Shown one piece after another: positions 1-13,855 of a stretch of 64,000 nucleotides of DNA (within the stretch, counting starts at the first letter, position 1; every line of letters starts with the position of its first letter). Source of the stretch: the human T2T-CHM13v2.0 reference genome, Homo sapiens; the NCBI RefSeq assembly GCF_009914755.1, contig NC_060926.1, one strand, 5' to 3'. The notes below the pieces were generated by a model. It was given only the letters and a program-made list of their open reading frames with translations, was not told the DNA's origin and ran no database searches. Made by a program: the position numbers and the translations under genes.

Positions 1-458
1 TACACTTTACCCTGTTCACTAGCTGTGTTCCTGAAATCTTGTAGGTAAATCAAGTTTCAGGGAGATGGATTACATTTGAACACATTAAGAAGTTGCTTTT
101 TAAAGGAATTGATGCATTTTATAGAGTGAAGAATACTTTTGTAAAGTGATTAATAGCTTCTTAATTTAAATGTTTCATGAACCTGTTTTGGGGGTAGGAG
201 GTTGGAGAGATGTTAAAATTTATCTCTCTGGCAGATGGTATTGGCTGTGACTCAGGAAGCCTTGCCATCTCAGATGAAGCTAAACAGTACCTTGATATAT
301 TTTTGGCTATAGCTGTTCTGCATATTTCTGGGCAGGACTGAGGGAGGGCTACATCTTAGACCATTCTCAAAATCACCCTTGGTTTTTTCCATCTGGAAAG
401 TGAGAATGTGGGAACATACCCATCCCTTCTCATGGAGATCAATGACAGTAAGACCTGG

Positions 459-1315
459 TGTGATATTGTGAAATATATATTTGGTCTTCATTTGCTCAGT
501 TTTCTGACATTCAGCTCCTAAAACCTTGGGAACCTCTAGAGTGATAAGAGTGTCCTTCGTATGCTAATGATTGACTGGTGACTGGTGGTCCCTAGGTAGC
601 TTCAGGATAGGGTCTGGTCATTGGAAAGACCAAGGCAGGATTAGAAGGTTGGGAGTTTCAGCCCCACCCCCTGATCACTGGGGAGGGGAGGGAAACTGAA
701 GGTTAAATTGATCACCAAAGGCCAATGATGTAATCAATCATGCCTAGGTAATAAAGCCTCTATAAAAACCCAAAAGGACAGGGTGTAAGGAGCTCTGAAT
801 ATCTGAACACACGGAGGTCCCTGGAGGGTGCCACAACCAGGGAGGGCATGAGAGCTCCACACCCCTTCCCCATGCCTTGCCCTGTGCATCTCTTCCACCT
901 GGCTGTCATCTGCATCCTTTGTCATACCCTTTAAAATAAATCATTAAATGTAAGCGAAGCATTTCCCTGAGTCCTGTGAGCCTCTCTAGCAAATTAATCA
1001 AACCCAAGGAGGGGATCATGGGAATCACGGTCCTGATTTATGGCTGGTCGTGAGTACAGGTCACAACCTGGGACTTGTGATTGCCATCTGAAGTAGGGGC
1101 AGTTTTGTGGGATGAACACTCAACCTGTGAGATCTGACACCGTCTCTAGGTAGACAGTGTCGGAATTAAATTTCATTACAGAATACCCAGATGGTGGCCA
1201 CCAGAGAATTGCTTGGCATGTGGGGAAAACCTCCTACACATCTGGTGTTAGAAGAGTGTGTTGTGTTGAGTGGAGAGGAGAGAGTAGGAAAAAGCCTGTT
1301 TTTTTCTCCCATATA
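459..1315 (+). mobile_element. Solo LTR, MER21 family
   Basis: Starts TGTGATATTGTG..ATATATATTTGGTCTTC; contains CTCCTAAAACC, AGCTTCAGGAT..GGTCA, GGCCAATGAT..AATCAATCATGCC and TATAAAAACCC, matching my recollection of the MER21 consensus; right end approximate. Confidence 0.75.
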
Positions 1316-1385
1316 TCTTAGGCGCAGTATCTGAAAGCCCTAAACCCTGGGGAAGGAGGGTCTGGGCTGACACATTTTGCCTCAC

Positions 1386-1610
1386 CGGGGGCCTCTTCCA
1401 CTGCAGGCGGGGTGGCAGCTTCTGCAGCAGGGAGCCACTGCCGATGGAGCTCAGGGTGGCCGGGAAGCTGGTGTCTTCAAAGAGGCAGCCATTCCTCAGG
1501 CACTCTGCCAGCAGGGCCTCAAAGTCCTGTTGGGGTTGCTGTGGAGACGCCCTCCTAGAGTACCTTGGCGCCAGCTTCCATCTGCATCGGAAAGGTGGCC
1601 ACAGAGACAT
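1386..1610 (-). CDS. CAPN14: Calpain-14, first coding exon (75 codons, MSLWPPFRCRW...LFEDTSFPA...LQWKRPP); gene continues left of the window
   Basis: Calpain N-terminal motifs LFEDxxFPA and WKRP; Kozak cctgccATG; donor CCG|GTGAG at 1386/1385; acceptor tctctccatttcag| puts the exon start at 1662 (52-nt UTR part 1611-1662). Confidence 0.93.
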
Positions 1611-2179
1611 GGCAGGTGGTGGGTACAGTCCAGTGAGTCTTCCTGAGGAGTCTCTGCTGCTCCTGAAATGGAGAGAGGACGGTCAGTTTCCTCACTTCCT
1701 CCTTGTGCTTTGCCATTGCCACAGAGACGAGGGGAAGGATGGAGAGAATGGGAGCGGAGAAGTCAGCTGGTGAGAAAGAGACAGAAGCAGGTGGTTCGAT
1801 TTTGTCCCAGAGAGTGTGGGTCCTTGAGCACTCACTCAAGTGCTTGAGGACCTGGTGGGAGATCAGGGATCTTGTGGCAAAAGCCTACAGAAGGGAAAGT
1901 TCTCTCAAGCCTCAGGGCTGAGTCCTGGGCCCCTGACTGCACCAATGTCACGGGGGTCCCTTCTGCTTAGTGGGGAGGCAGGAGAAGAGAAGCAGGAAGC
2001 TGGAGCTCAGTCCCCTGGGCCGGAGGGTCCTGTGCCTGCCAAGGTAGTGGGGAGTAGTGGCTGCCTGCTCAGGCCTCCACCAGGCCTGCCAACTCCTGCC
2101 TCCCAGCTACAGACACACAGCATTCCTCCTGCTTCAATGTCCTCCTTATTCTTCCCTGCAAAACCTCCTCCTACATTAA

Positions 2180-2713
<534 letters not shown>

Positions 2714-3644
2714 TACATTCTCTTTACAAAGAAATCCTTCCTTGAAGACTTTCTTGCTAATGTAAAAGGGGGACAAAAAAATCACACACACACATATTGT
2801 GGCAAATACCAACAGTTGCCAGTACGTGCCCATTCTCCCCTTTTCCTTGTTAACAGAATCCATTTTGATAACCCAGCTACAAAACTTGATTTCCTGGAGC
2901 TTCTTGCAGGACAGGTTGGCTACACAATATAGTTTTTCATTTTACAGTTGCAAAACCACTAATCTTATTAGCCTCCCCATTTTTCAGGTGTTACAACTGA
3001 AACCTGTCCATTCATTCACCAAAAATTTTACTGGGAACTTATCATTTGTCAGGCTTGAGGTAGGCACTGCTCACCAAAGACAGTCCCTGCCCTCATGGCT
3101 CTTACAGTTTAGAGGGTGGGAGAGCGGGAAGGGTTAAATGATCTTCCTGGTGCTATACATGGAGATTTTATAAGGGCTGTATCCAGAACCCAGAGCCCTG
3201 ACTCCCATAACAATGTTCAGCTCTCAGTGCTACAAACTGCCTATTACACCCCGCACAGTGTTTGGGACAGAATGTACATGCCCTAAAAGTAACTCGCAAA
3301 TGTGCTTATACTGAGTGTGACTTCTCCCTCATGGCTGTAGGAGTGACCTGGGGTCCTCTCCATTTGTCAAGGTCCTGCCCATCCCCCAAAGTCTAACTTG
3401 AGTCCTTTCCCCAGGAAGCCCTCCTTGAGTGCCTGGCATTCGCTGAGATCCCCTCATTCTGTCTATGGACCCATTGTCTGCCCCATTGGGCACCTACTGT
3501 CTTGGTGCTTCTCAAATTATCACTAGTGAAGGGCCTATGTTCTTTTATTTCTGATTTGTCATAGAAATTTAATGAAAATGAATAAATACAAACATAAAAT
3601 TTTAAAAGATACATAAAGTCAAGTCCCCCTTTAAGATTTTTTCA

Positions 3645-3933
3645 GGTCAGGTGCAAGGGCTCACATCTGTAATCCCAGCACTTTGGGAAGCCAAGGTGGG
3701 CAAATCACTTGAGCCCAGAAGTTCGATACCAGCTGGGGCAACATGGCAAAACTTCGTCTACATAAAAATACAAAAATTAGCTAGGCATGGTGATGTATGA
3801 CTGTAATCTTAGCTACTTGGGAGGCTGAGACAGGAGGATCACTTGAGCCGGGAGGTAGAGGTTGCAGTGAACAGAGATGGCGGCACTGCACTCCAGCCTG
3901 GGAAGCAGAGCAAGACTCTGTCTCAAAAAAAAA
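3645..3933 (+). mobile_element. Alu (AluJ-like)
   Basis: Dimeric Alu with GGAGGATCACTTGAGCC J-type motif and A tail. Confidence 0.85.
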
Positions 3934-5134
3934 GTTAGGTTCAACAAAAATTAAATTAAATTTAAATTATTTGATCAATTGCTATAAAAGTTTCTAAACA
4001 CTTGCTCTCAGTTTTGTAGGTAGCTCATCAAGCACTGCCAGTGACCAGTTGGTGGAGTGGCCCCACTGTGGTTCTGCTCTGAGTGATGTATGCACAGAAG
4101 CCTCTTCTGCCTAATGGCTTTTGAATCCTCTGCAGGATTAGCACTGCTGGAATGTTGTTTGTCTCACACCCTTACCTCTGAGAGCTGAGGGCAGTCGATT
4201 CCTGGCTATTCTTATTTGTCACGGGTGCCTGTGTACTTCCTGGGGGAAGACCCAGCCCTCTTCTAACCCAGGTCACAGAAACTCAAAAGCTGTTACTCAG
4301 GTCTTTTATTTTTTTGACTCCAAAAAAAACTCCAAAAAAAACTGGAGTTTTTTTTCCTAATGTGGATGAGTAGGCAAAGCTTCCCCCAGGCTTACCCCAT
4401 TTTCTTCCCAGGAAGTTTCTTCTACCACCTGCACATTTATAAACAAACTTGAGGCCTCACAAAGGCAAGGTCTCCCTTTTTGCCCCTTCAAGCCTTAACA
4501 ACAATCTTTATTGCTTGTCCTGTGAAAAATGATAGAGGGTCCCCTGGCTTCAGAACCTCCCTCAGGCTCATGCCCTCCTTACCAAGTGCTGGGTCATACC
4601 TGGATTCCTCTTCAAGCCTGCAAATACTACATCTTGTGACAAGCACAGTACATCATGGGCTCAGAAGACAAAACACCCATCACAGGTTCCTCTCACCCTC
4701 CAAAGTTTAGAATGAGGCCACATGTGTGCGTGCACACACATACACACACAATCTTATTTGTAAATAAGTATTCCTAAGTCACCTTAGGGAGAATATAGGC
4801 CCAGATGAAACCAGTTGGCGGTTCTTGCATGTTTCCTATATATTACAAACCATGGATGAAATTGGCTCATTTCCAGATTGGCACAGCTCTCTACAAAGGG
4901 CCAGATGGGTCTAGGTCACATTTGGAAATTCATTTTGACTACTGTAAGTGAGCAGCGTTGGAGCAGGTCCACAAAATAAGACTATGCAAATAGATAGGTG
5001 AAGGCTAATGGGGCTCGAGCTATTTAAGAATGTGCAGCCTAAAAGCATCCTCCATGGGCCTCAGAGTTCTTTCCTTGGCTCCCCGTAAGCTGCCAGGTTG
5101 TTCTGCAGTGTTTTGCATGTCAGCATTACTATTA

Positions 5135-5434
5135 TTTTTTATTAGAGACAGGGTCTCACTCTGTCACCCAAGCTGGAGTGCAAGGACACGATCACAGCTT
5201 ACTACAGCCTTGAACTCCTGGGCTTAAGGGATCCTTCTGCCTCAACCTCTCATGTAGTTAGGACTAGAGGTTCATGCCACCATGCGCAGCTAACTTTTTT
5301 TTTTTTTTTTTTTCTGGAGAGATGAGGTCTTGCTGTGTTGCCCAGGCTAGTCTCTAACTCCTGGCCTCAGGCAGTCCTTCCATCTCAGCCTCCCAAAGTG
5401 CTGGCATTACAGGCATGAACCACCGTGCCTGTCC
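5135..5434 (-). mobile_element. Alu (AluJ-like)
   Basis: Antisense Alu with GAACTCCTGGGCTTAAGGGATCC J-type motif. Confidence 0.85.
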
Positions 5435-5867
5435 AAAATTTATTTATACTCAGGAAGTAAACAGAGAGTCAGGCTTTGATCTTCACTTCTTCCATACTGG
5501 CTATTCTCCCCTTATCTATAGATGCTGGGTGCTAGGAAGGGCGTTATGATGGTGAGAGGTGTCAAATAACCTGGTGCTCAGATAACCTAAGTGCCTTGAT
5601 CCAGAGGAGGAGGCCTTTGAACGCTAACTAGCTTGTGAACATCAGGAGCATCACCAGACAAGACACCTGGGGATACACCAGCCAGCAGCGCAAACTCCAA
5701 ACCCCAATCCCTGCATACAGGCAGGGTTTCCTTGTCTCTCCTGATAACCCTCTGCCTATTTAATATGTTAGTGTTTACTAAAAGGTAAATGGGAACATTT
5801 TAAATGTGGGAGAAGGAACAGACTCTAGATACACCTTGTGTCAAAATTTACTCCTTCAGGTGGGTCT

Positions 5868-6090
5868 CAGTGGTATTTCAGTAGCCAGTGTGAGCAGGAT
5901 GACAGGGCCAACTGTGCACATCTCTTCCCAAGTCTGTATTCCATCATGCCATGTTAGTACCTTGTAATTGGCCATCATGGGAGTGTCCATACCATGGAAT
6001 GGGTAAATGCTACAAATCAGAGCTACTTGGCCTTTTAAAAGAAAAAAAAAATTGAGAGCTAGTTGTTGAATATTACCAGCACAGCACTGG
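5868..6090 (-). mobile_element. MER63-like hAT DNA transposon relic
   Basis: Ends CAGTGGT.../...AGCACTG; minus strand reads CAGTGCTGTGCTGGTAATATTCAACAACTAGCTCTC, like the MER63 terminus. Confidence 0.6.
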
Positions 6091-6318
6091 TCAACCTTAA
6101 GACAGCAGATTGCCTGGTCCTATGAGGTTGTCCAGCTGGAAGTTTCCCTGTTGTCCAGGAATACAGAGTCCATAGCCACAGGTGAGAATCTGTGAAGGCT
6201 TTACAAAGGGTGGTCTTACAACTCATTTGGAAAGAGAGGTTGATGTCAGTGAAAACACTGACTCTCACAAACTGGACAGAAATGAATACTGTATCTCTGC
6301 CATTGAAAGTTCAGTCAG

Positions 6319-6696
<378 letters not shown>

Positions 6697-7354
6697 CTAA
6701 TCACTTTCAAGTCAGGAGAATTAGTTTTCACTTAGTTATGAGTTGACTTATTTTCATTTTAAAATCCAAATAACATATATTTATTGCAGAAAAATCAAGG
6801 GAAAGAAAGGAAATATAAATTACCCATATTTCCACTACTCAATGATAGTCATAGTTAACATTTTAATGTATACTTTTAGAGAAAATTTTCTATGCTTAAT
6901 TATTTTTCTAATGAAAGTGAATATAATATTATACATTGTGTTTTATACTTTTTTTACTTGACAATATCTAATGAACACTTGCCTTTGCCAATAAGTTGAA
7001 TATACAAGAACGTATTTAATTGTTGCAAAGCATGCCAAATCATAGGTCAACCAAAATTTATTTTTAAAATCTACTGTTTCTGGAATTTCATGTTATTTCT
7101 TCTTTTTCACTAAACAGTGACAGTAACTAGAGTTTAACTATGTCTTTGAGCACATCCGATTTATTTTCCTAGGATAAATTTGGGCTAGAATGAAATTTAT
7201 TTAACCCAAGAAAAGATATTTACTAAAAAAATCTAGAGGAACACCATACTTTCTGAGGAAAGATAAAAGATATTTCCTTAAACAGAAGATAAGAATGGTG
7301 ATTACTACCATTCTTAATCACTTTTAATTGTAATTCCTAGTTAAGCCAATAAAA

Positions 7355-7435
7355 CAGAAAGAAAGAAAAAAGAAAGAAAGAAAGAAAAAGAAAGAGAGAG
7401 AGAAAGAGAGGGAGGGAGGGAGGAAGGAAGGAAGG
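7355..7435 (+). repeat. (GAAA)n/(GA)n/(GGAA)n purine-rich simple repeat within old L1-like AT-rich sequence
   Basis: Directly visible. Confidence 0.85.
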
Positions 7436-7836
7436 GTCACAAAAATCAGAAAGCAAAAAAAATGACTATTATTCACAGAAGAGATTATTTTACATGTGGA
7501 ATATCTAAGAAAATATTTTTTAAAAACCATAGGAAATAACAGAATTCAAGAAGGTCAATGAATACAAGTTAAATACACTATACAGAAACTCGGTGGTATT
7601 CTTTTTAAAACAGCAAGAACTAACTAGAAAATGTATTAGGAAAAAAAATCTATTCTTCATAGCGACTCAGGTTACTAGTTTGAGTAACCTGGTGCCATTA
7701 ATCAAATACAGGAGTCAGTTACAGGTTCTGGAGCAAAATGATTTTAGATAAAATCATCATAGACAAATATGCAATGACCAATGAAGTTGTATATAGATCA
7801 TGGCCCCAATATTATTAAATGAGCACGTGTGCATGT

Positions 7837-7864
7837 GCACACACACACACACACACACACACAC
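7837..7864 (+). repeat. (CA)n microsatellite
   Basis: Directly visible. Confidence 0.95.
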
Positions 7865-8199
7865 GATGGGAAGAAAATATATATAAATAAGAATATGAAC
7901 TATCTCTGGATAATGTGACTAAGACATTTATTTTACTTTATTAGACTGTTCTATATTTTTGGACTCCTCGATTAGTATGTATTACTTTTATCATGAGGAA
8001 AAAAATGTGTTTAATAAAAATACAATATTTAAAAAAAAGCAAGTCAGTGGTTACCTGGGGCTAGGAGAGGGAATTGCTCAGGAAGGAGTGCAAAATAACT
8101 TTTGGGGTAATGGAAATGTTCTATATTGACTGTGGTGGTTGCATCTGTATATTTTTTCATCAAAACTCAATGAACTATGTACAACACACTTAAAAACAT

Positions 8200-8503
<304 letters not shown>

Positions 8504-9485
8504 CAATGTGGTACATGTTTATTATATATAATCATGCCTCAATATAGTTGATTCAAACTAAAATTTTAAATTTATATAGAAAAACCAGGGGATCTGTCTG
8601 ATTCCTGTCCTACTGGCATCATCATGATGAACTACTGCCTTGATTTGGAAAAATAAGATCTGCCCAAATCCTGGCTTTCTTTGGTGGTGGCTACTTTTTC
8701 AACCATCTCTGAAGCAGTTGAGAATTCTGGGCTCCATTTTAAAGTGGGAAAAACTGAGATCCTAAGAAATAGAAAGGAATTTCCCAGGAATTTCACCAGA
8801 GTGCAAAAATAGGAACTAATTCCCAGGGGTCCATTCAGTGTCTTGAGTCCCTGCCCTGATGTTCAGTTCATTCACACATTTACTGAACACCTACTATGTG
8901 CTAGACACTATGTCTCAGACTGGGAATGTAACACCTGGCCTTTGATCAACCTACAGGGTAGAGTCAGGTCTCTGGAACGGAAGCAAAAGAAATAAGTACC
9001 ATGCACTCACTCACATGAACCTGTAGAATCCTCCTGGGGGATGATGGATTTCCAGAGAACTCTGGCATCTTGCCACAACCCACTAAGTTGTCTCAGGCAA
9101 AATTGTAGTAGAAACCTAGGCTCTTTGTACAAGACTCTGTCTACATGATAAAAAGCACCAGATTGAAAAATGATCAATTCCCTGCTCTCGACAGTCGGAA
9201 CAAAAGAACAAGACTAACTATAGGCTTTGCCTGATTTATCTTGAGCAGGGATTGTACTTCTTTTGTGTAATAGGTGGTGTGCAGTGGCCATGGAGTGCTG
9301 GGTTTGGGATTGGAAAACCCAGAAGGCAAGTGGGTTTGCCACCTCTTCCCCATGTGCCCGTGTGCTGACTCCTTTATCCTCTCTGAGCTGGCTTCCTCAC
9401 CCTCAATATGGGATGACATGTACTGTGCCTACTCTCAGAACTCAAAAGAGATAATCGTGTGAAAAGACTTGACAAAAGTCTAAAG

Positions 9486-9680
9486 TAGGAGTTGGCAAAC
9501 TACAGCCTGGATAAATAAAGTTTTACTGAAACTACAGCCACACTTATCTGTCTGGTATTGTCCGTGGCTGCTTTCGCATTACAACAGCGGAGTTGAGTCA
9601 TTGCCACGGAGTTCTTAGGGGCCACAAGCCTAAAATATTTACTATGCTGTCCTTCATAGGCAAAGTTTGCTGAGCACTGC
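9486..9680 (+). mobile_element. MER58-type hAT-Charlie MITE
   Basis: TIR-like GTTGGCAAACT...AGTTTGCTGA; internal AAATAAAGTTTTA and GGCTGCTTTC..ACAACAGC.GAGTTGAGT typical of MER58. Confidence 0.7.
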
Positions 9681-12019
9681 TCTAAAGCACTGTTTAACCA
9701 GGTAGATTGCTGTTGCAGGGCTAGGCACAGGGGTAAGCTCCAAGTAGGAACTCACAGATTAAAATGTGGTTGGTTGAATCCATCATTAAGAATTTATCTT
9801 AATGAAACAATTTTATCTCTAATTGATTCGTTGACTTTTTAATAGACCCTTAACATTTACAGTTACAATCATGTCTCAAAACACTTGCAAATGTGGCCTG
9901 CAGTTTCTCTCTGCTAAAGTTTCACATCTAATCCCTTATTTAGATGTGATAACATCAGACATTCCTGGGCAGTTTTCAGGTGGTTCTGTGGTTACTGATT
10001 ACGAACAGGAAAACAGCATCTCTATGTACATATCATGACCTGTTCATAAAAGATGAAATGATTTTGTAATGTTAATGGTTTGAAAGGCTTTAAATTGTTT
10101 TTCTTTTACTGTTTAGACATCTGTCTGCATTTAGATCAAGTTTCTAACAGAAAACCCCAAGCATGATTCTTCATTTATTAGAGCAGACATTTGCCTTTCA
10201 GTAAACAATGATGAATGTGGCCCAACTATGAGTTCTTGAAGGCGAGAATGGTATAGGCTTTTTAAAATCTGTATTCCCAGATGTGATCATTCATGATATA
10301 GTCACATAATACCATGAATAAACAGATGCTTGATAAATGCTGGCCAATTGACTCACTGACAGAAGGGATGGATGTTTCTTCACTTGGAAAACGTAAAGAA
10401 CAATAAAGCGTGCCCTCCCCTCCCCTCTTATGAAGCTGAACTGAGATAAAGGAAGTTAAAAACTTCCTGTGAACTGTCAATCACTTGGCTGCTCCTCTGG
10501 TGTCTGATCACACTGCTGGGGCCTGATTTAGGTTGAGGGAGCCTCTTTAACATCCTTCCCCTCCAAAATGCTCATCCAGGCTTGCCTTAGGGCTCCTTTC
10601 CTGGGTGGTATGTGGGATCCACGTCAAAGCAACCTGGGGAAGTAAAACCAAGGTCAGACCTAAAAGAAAAAACAAGTCTCCAAAGGGAACATGCACCTTG
10701 GGAGAAGGTGGGGGAGAAGCGGCAGGAAGTCCCTTAACTGGCAATGCTGGGGTAGGCGTCCCCTGGGCTGACTGCATGCCTCTATGGAGGTCTAAGAACT
10801 TGGCTGTTGGAGCTCCCTACTCACCCCCAGCTGCCCCACTTCCATTTGACTTTATGAGACACTGCATAGTCACAAATCTTTGCAGAGAATAAGACTCCCT
10901 GGAGCATGGGTGTACACCTTGAGTTGCCACGACCTGGACACAGCTTTCCCTGAGCAAAGGAACATCCGCTCGGCCTTTGTGGAAGTTGCACCCTGGCGTC
11001 GCTCATTGCAGCTGAACCAAATATGAGGCTAGAAGGAACTTAGTGGTCATCCAATTCAGTGCCCCCATGTACTGACAGGACCTCTGAGCAGTTCCAGGGA
11101 GTCATGGCCTGCTTGGCCTGACTGTTGGGGGAGCCCTGGGGCATCTCTTCTCTCTGGCACAGGCACATCCTCTTTGTACAGCCTCCTCCTAAACTATGAC
11201 TTCAGTGGAGTCACTCTGTTCCCCTCCAGCTGCCCTGCTCTGACACTTTCAACCCCAAGAGGTAGCGGCACCCTAGTCTGAGAGTCATCCCCTACTCTTC
11301 TTTTTCTATCCATTCCCACGCTTTTAAAGAGCCAATCCTTCTGATTTTTTAAAACAAAATATCAAATGATTCTGAACATTTGACAACACATTTGGACAGG
11401 AAAGACTTTTAAAGCAGATGTAAATTCATTCCTTTTTTTTTTTGCAGGGGCATTTGCATCTTCAGAGAGTCATGGAATTTGAGCTAGATGAGCGGTCAGA
11501 CTGAGGTAGCTCATCTCCTCCTCTGATCCTGCATTTGCCATAGGACTGGCCATTTCACGTCACGCCCTCAAAACCACACAGCTCATGGCCTCAAGTCCAA
11601 ATGGCCAGGCTCTTGGTGTGTTAGTTCCTTTCTGTGTACACAAACCCCCACCACACACCCTCTGCTCTGTCCAAACTTACAAAGGAGATGTCGCTTCCTC
11701 CTGACCCCCTCTACCTCAAATCTCCCTCATCCTTCAAAGCTCAGGGCAAATGTCCCTCCTCTCCAGAGCCTTCCCTGGAAACCTCTTGTCTTCTCCTTGT
11801 GGGGCTTTCCTGCCCTTCACTCACACTCATGAACTGGGGAGAGAATGCTGGTTAACAGCCCCCTCCTCTCCCAAGCCCACTCCTGGGCTGGAAGACTTGG
11901 CCGGTCATTTTAGGCTCTGATTAACGCTACTCCAGAAGATCAAAGTATGCAGTTAAAAACCCAGGCAAACTTTTGGAAAAAGTAAGTCAATTAGAAACAT
12001 CTTAAAAAAGAAAAAAAAA

Positions 12020-12420
12020 AAAAAGAAACTATTTGACAGTAAATACTATAGCTAAACACATACAAACTATATGATACAATTCCATTCCTGGTTATTACCC
12101 AACAGAAATGCTTAAATCTATGCACCAAAAGACATGTACAAGAATACTCACAACAGAAATATGCAAAATATCCCCAAATGAAAACTACCCAAATGTCCAT
12201 GAACATGGATAAATATTAATAATAGTGATAACCATTTATACAATGAAATACTTCACAGCTCTGAACAAACAAGAATTACATGCTGCAATATGATGAGATT
12301 CACAAACAATATTAAGTAGAAAAAATCCAGACACAAAAACTCTTTGATTCCATTTACATAACTTTCAAAAGTGACAAAACCAATCTATATGTTAGAAATT
12401 AGCTTAGTGGTTACCCTTGA
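12020..12420 (+). mobile_element. Old L1 (L1M) 3' fragment
   Basis: CAATTCCA.TCCT.G.TATT.ACCCAA.AGAAATG, CACCAAAAGACATGTACAAGAAT, CCCAAATGTCCAT, GATTCCATTTA.ATAA motifs. Confidence 0.7.
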
Positions 12421-13251
12421 GGTCGAGCGATCTATCACCAAACCAATTATACCACTGATAGTTACATCAATTCCATTCCTTTTCTACTGCTTGTTTTGAT
12501 GGTCAGGAGAGAGATTTACAAGGGAGTTTGAAAAGTGGGAGAATCAATTCATTTAAACAAGGCTTTATTGCATGCTTCCCCATGGGCCAGGCATTGCCCT
12601 AGATGGTAGGGGTACAGGATGGATTAGACAGAATTTCTGCCCTCGAGGAAGTCACAGTCCAACGACCAGGCTCACACTCTAGAAAGGGCCCTCACTCTTC
12701 AGCATGAGGTGCCCACTCTGTGAAATGGCCAGTACCTAACTCATCCAAGAATTCTCCCCCTAGAAAGTCAAAGACACCCCTCACCCTATCAGGCCTGGAA
12801 GATGTACCCAGGCTGAAACACTTAGGTACCACCCACCAAAACATTGTCACCCTGTGCCTCCATAGGAGAGGGTTATAAGCTGAACTGAGAGCCGACTACC
12901 TCGCTCTGGAGTCCTCCAGAGCTTTGAGGAGTGATTTCCAGTGCCCATAGGCCAGCAGACCACTCAGACAAGGGCAATTTCGAGATTTCTAATCTAGGCA
13001 AGGGCCGTGCCAAGCACCACACTGACAGCTATCATTTGAGGCAATATTTCACTCTTACAGTGTGGTCACCGTCCCAGTGTGTTTTTCACATCTAATTTCA
13101 TACAGGAAGTCAGCCCAGCCTCACTGCTTATCAGAACAGAGAACAGTAGGCCTCCTTGACTCTGAGGATCCCATAAGGCCTCAGTGATAAGCTGGCTGCC
13201 CCCAGATTCCTTCTCATCAGGAGGCTCAGGAGACAACTGGGATGGCCTATG

Positions 13252-13310
13252 TTCTGGGAAATGACAGCACCTAGCAGCATCAGTAACTCTACCAAATGAC
13301 TTCGAGAGAA
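13252..13310. promoter_or_regulatory. STAT elements in CAPN14 intron 1: GAS TTCTGGGAA (13252-13260) and STAT6-type TTCGAGAGAA (13301-13310)
   Basis: Exact TTC-N3-GAA and TTC-N4-GAA matches ~300-360 bp into intron 1. Confidence 0.55.
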
Positions 13311-13615
13311 ACCAGAGCTGGAGGGACCTCAGAAATTACCCAGGCCCAAAGATACTCCCATCTTTTTTTTTAAATGAGGAGATTGGGGCCAAAGGGCTGA
13401 AGTCTATTCCTCAAGGTCACACTAATAAGTGATGGCAAAACTGAGGACAAAATTGAAATCTCCAGACTCCAGGGTTTTTTCTGTATACACTCACCTGCAA
13501 AGCTCAAACCAGGAGAAGCAAATACCATCCTCTCACCTTCTAAACCCAGACCCTGTAGAGTCTCATAGGGCCTCTGGGCTAACTTGGACCCACCCTTGGA
13601 ACTAAAGAAATTTAC

Positions 13616-13676
13616 CTGCACAGGAGATTTTGCTTCTTTAAGCGCCTGGGCAAGCTCTAATCCCGGTGCAGTCAGA
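13616..13676 (-). other. CAPN14: CAPN14 non-coding exon 1 (5' UTR); TSS inferred ~30 bp below the TATA box
   Basis: Minus-strand TATATAA at 13706-13700; donor CAG|GTAAAT at 13616/13615; alternative donors at 13537 and 13495 (see findings). Confidence 0.65.
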
Positions 13677-13698
13677 AGCATGCAGCCTGAAACCACCT

Positions 13699-13855
13699 CT
13701 TATATATGGGTCCTTTCTACACATGGTGTTTAGCCAAGAATTTGCGACCCCACCTCCCAGGACCTTGGTTCCTCCCCACTGTGTGTTCTCTGGAAGGGAG
13801 TGGAGTACCCAGGGCTTTGCGACTGGATTACACAAATCCAATTATTTCTTTAGAA
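13699..13855 (-). promoter_or_regulatory. CAPN14: CAPN14 promoter: TATA box (13700-13706) and two STAT6-type sites TTCTCTGGAA (13786-13795) and TTCTTTAGAA (13846-13855)
   Basis: Motifs read directly; consistent with the established IL-13/STAT6 inducibility of CAPN14 in oesophageal epithelium. Confidence 0.75.

Noticed and set aside
1248-1385. Intronic extensions of exon ORFs (CAPN14 ORF tail here; also 40373-40425, 45443-45513, 56519-56651, 57065-57244, 62262-62318)
   Set aside because: Outside the canonical splice sites; homology to calpain/EHD proteins stops at the junctions
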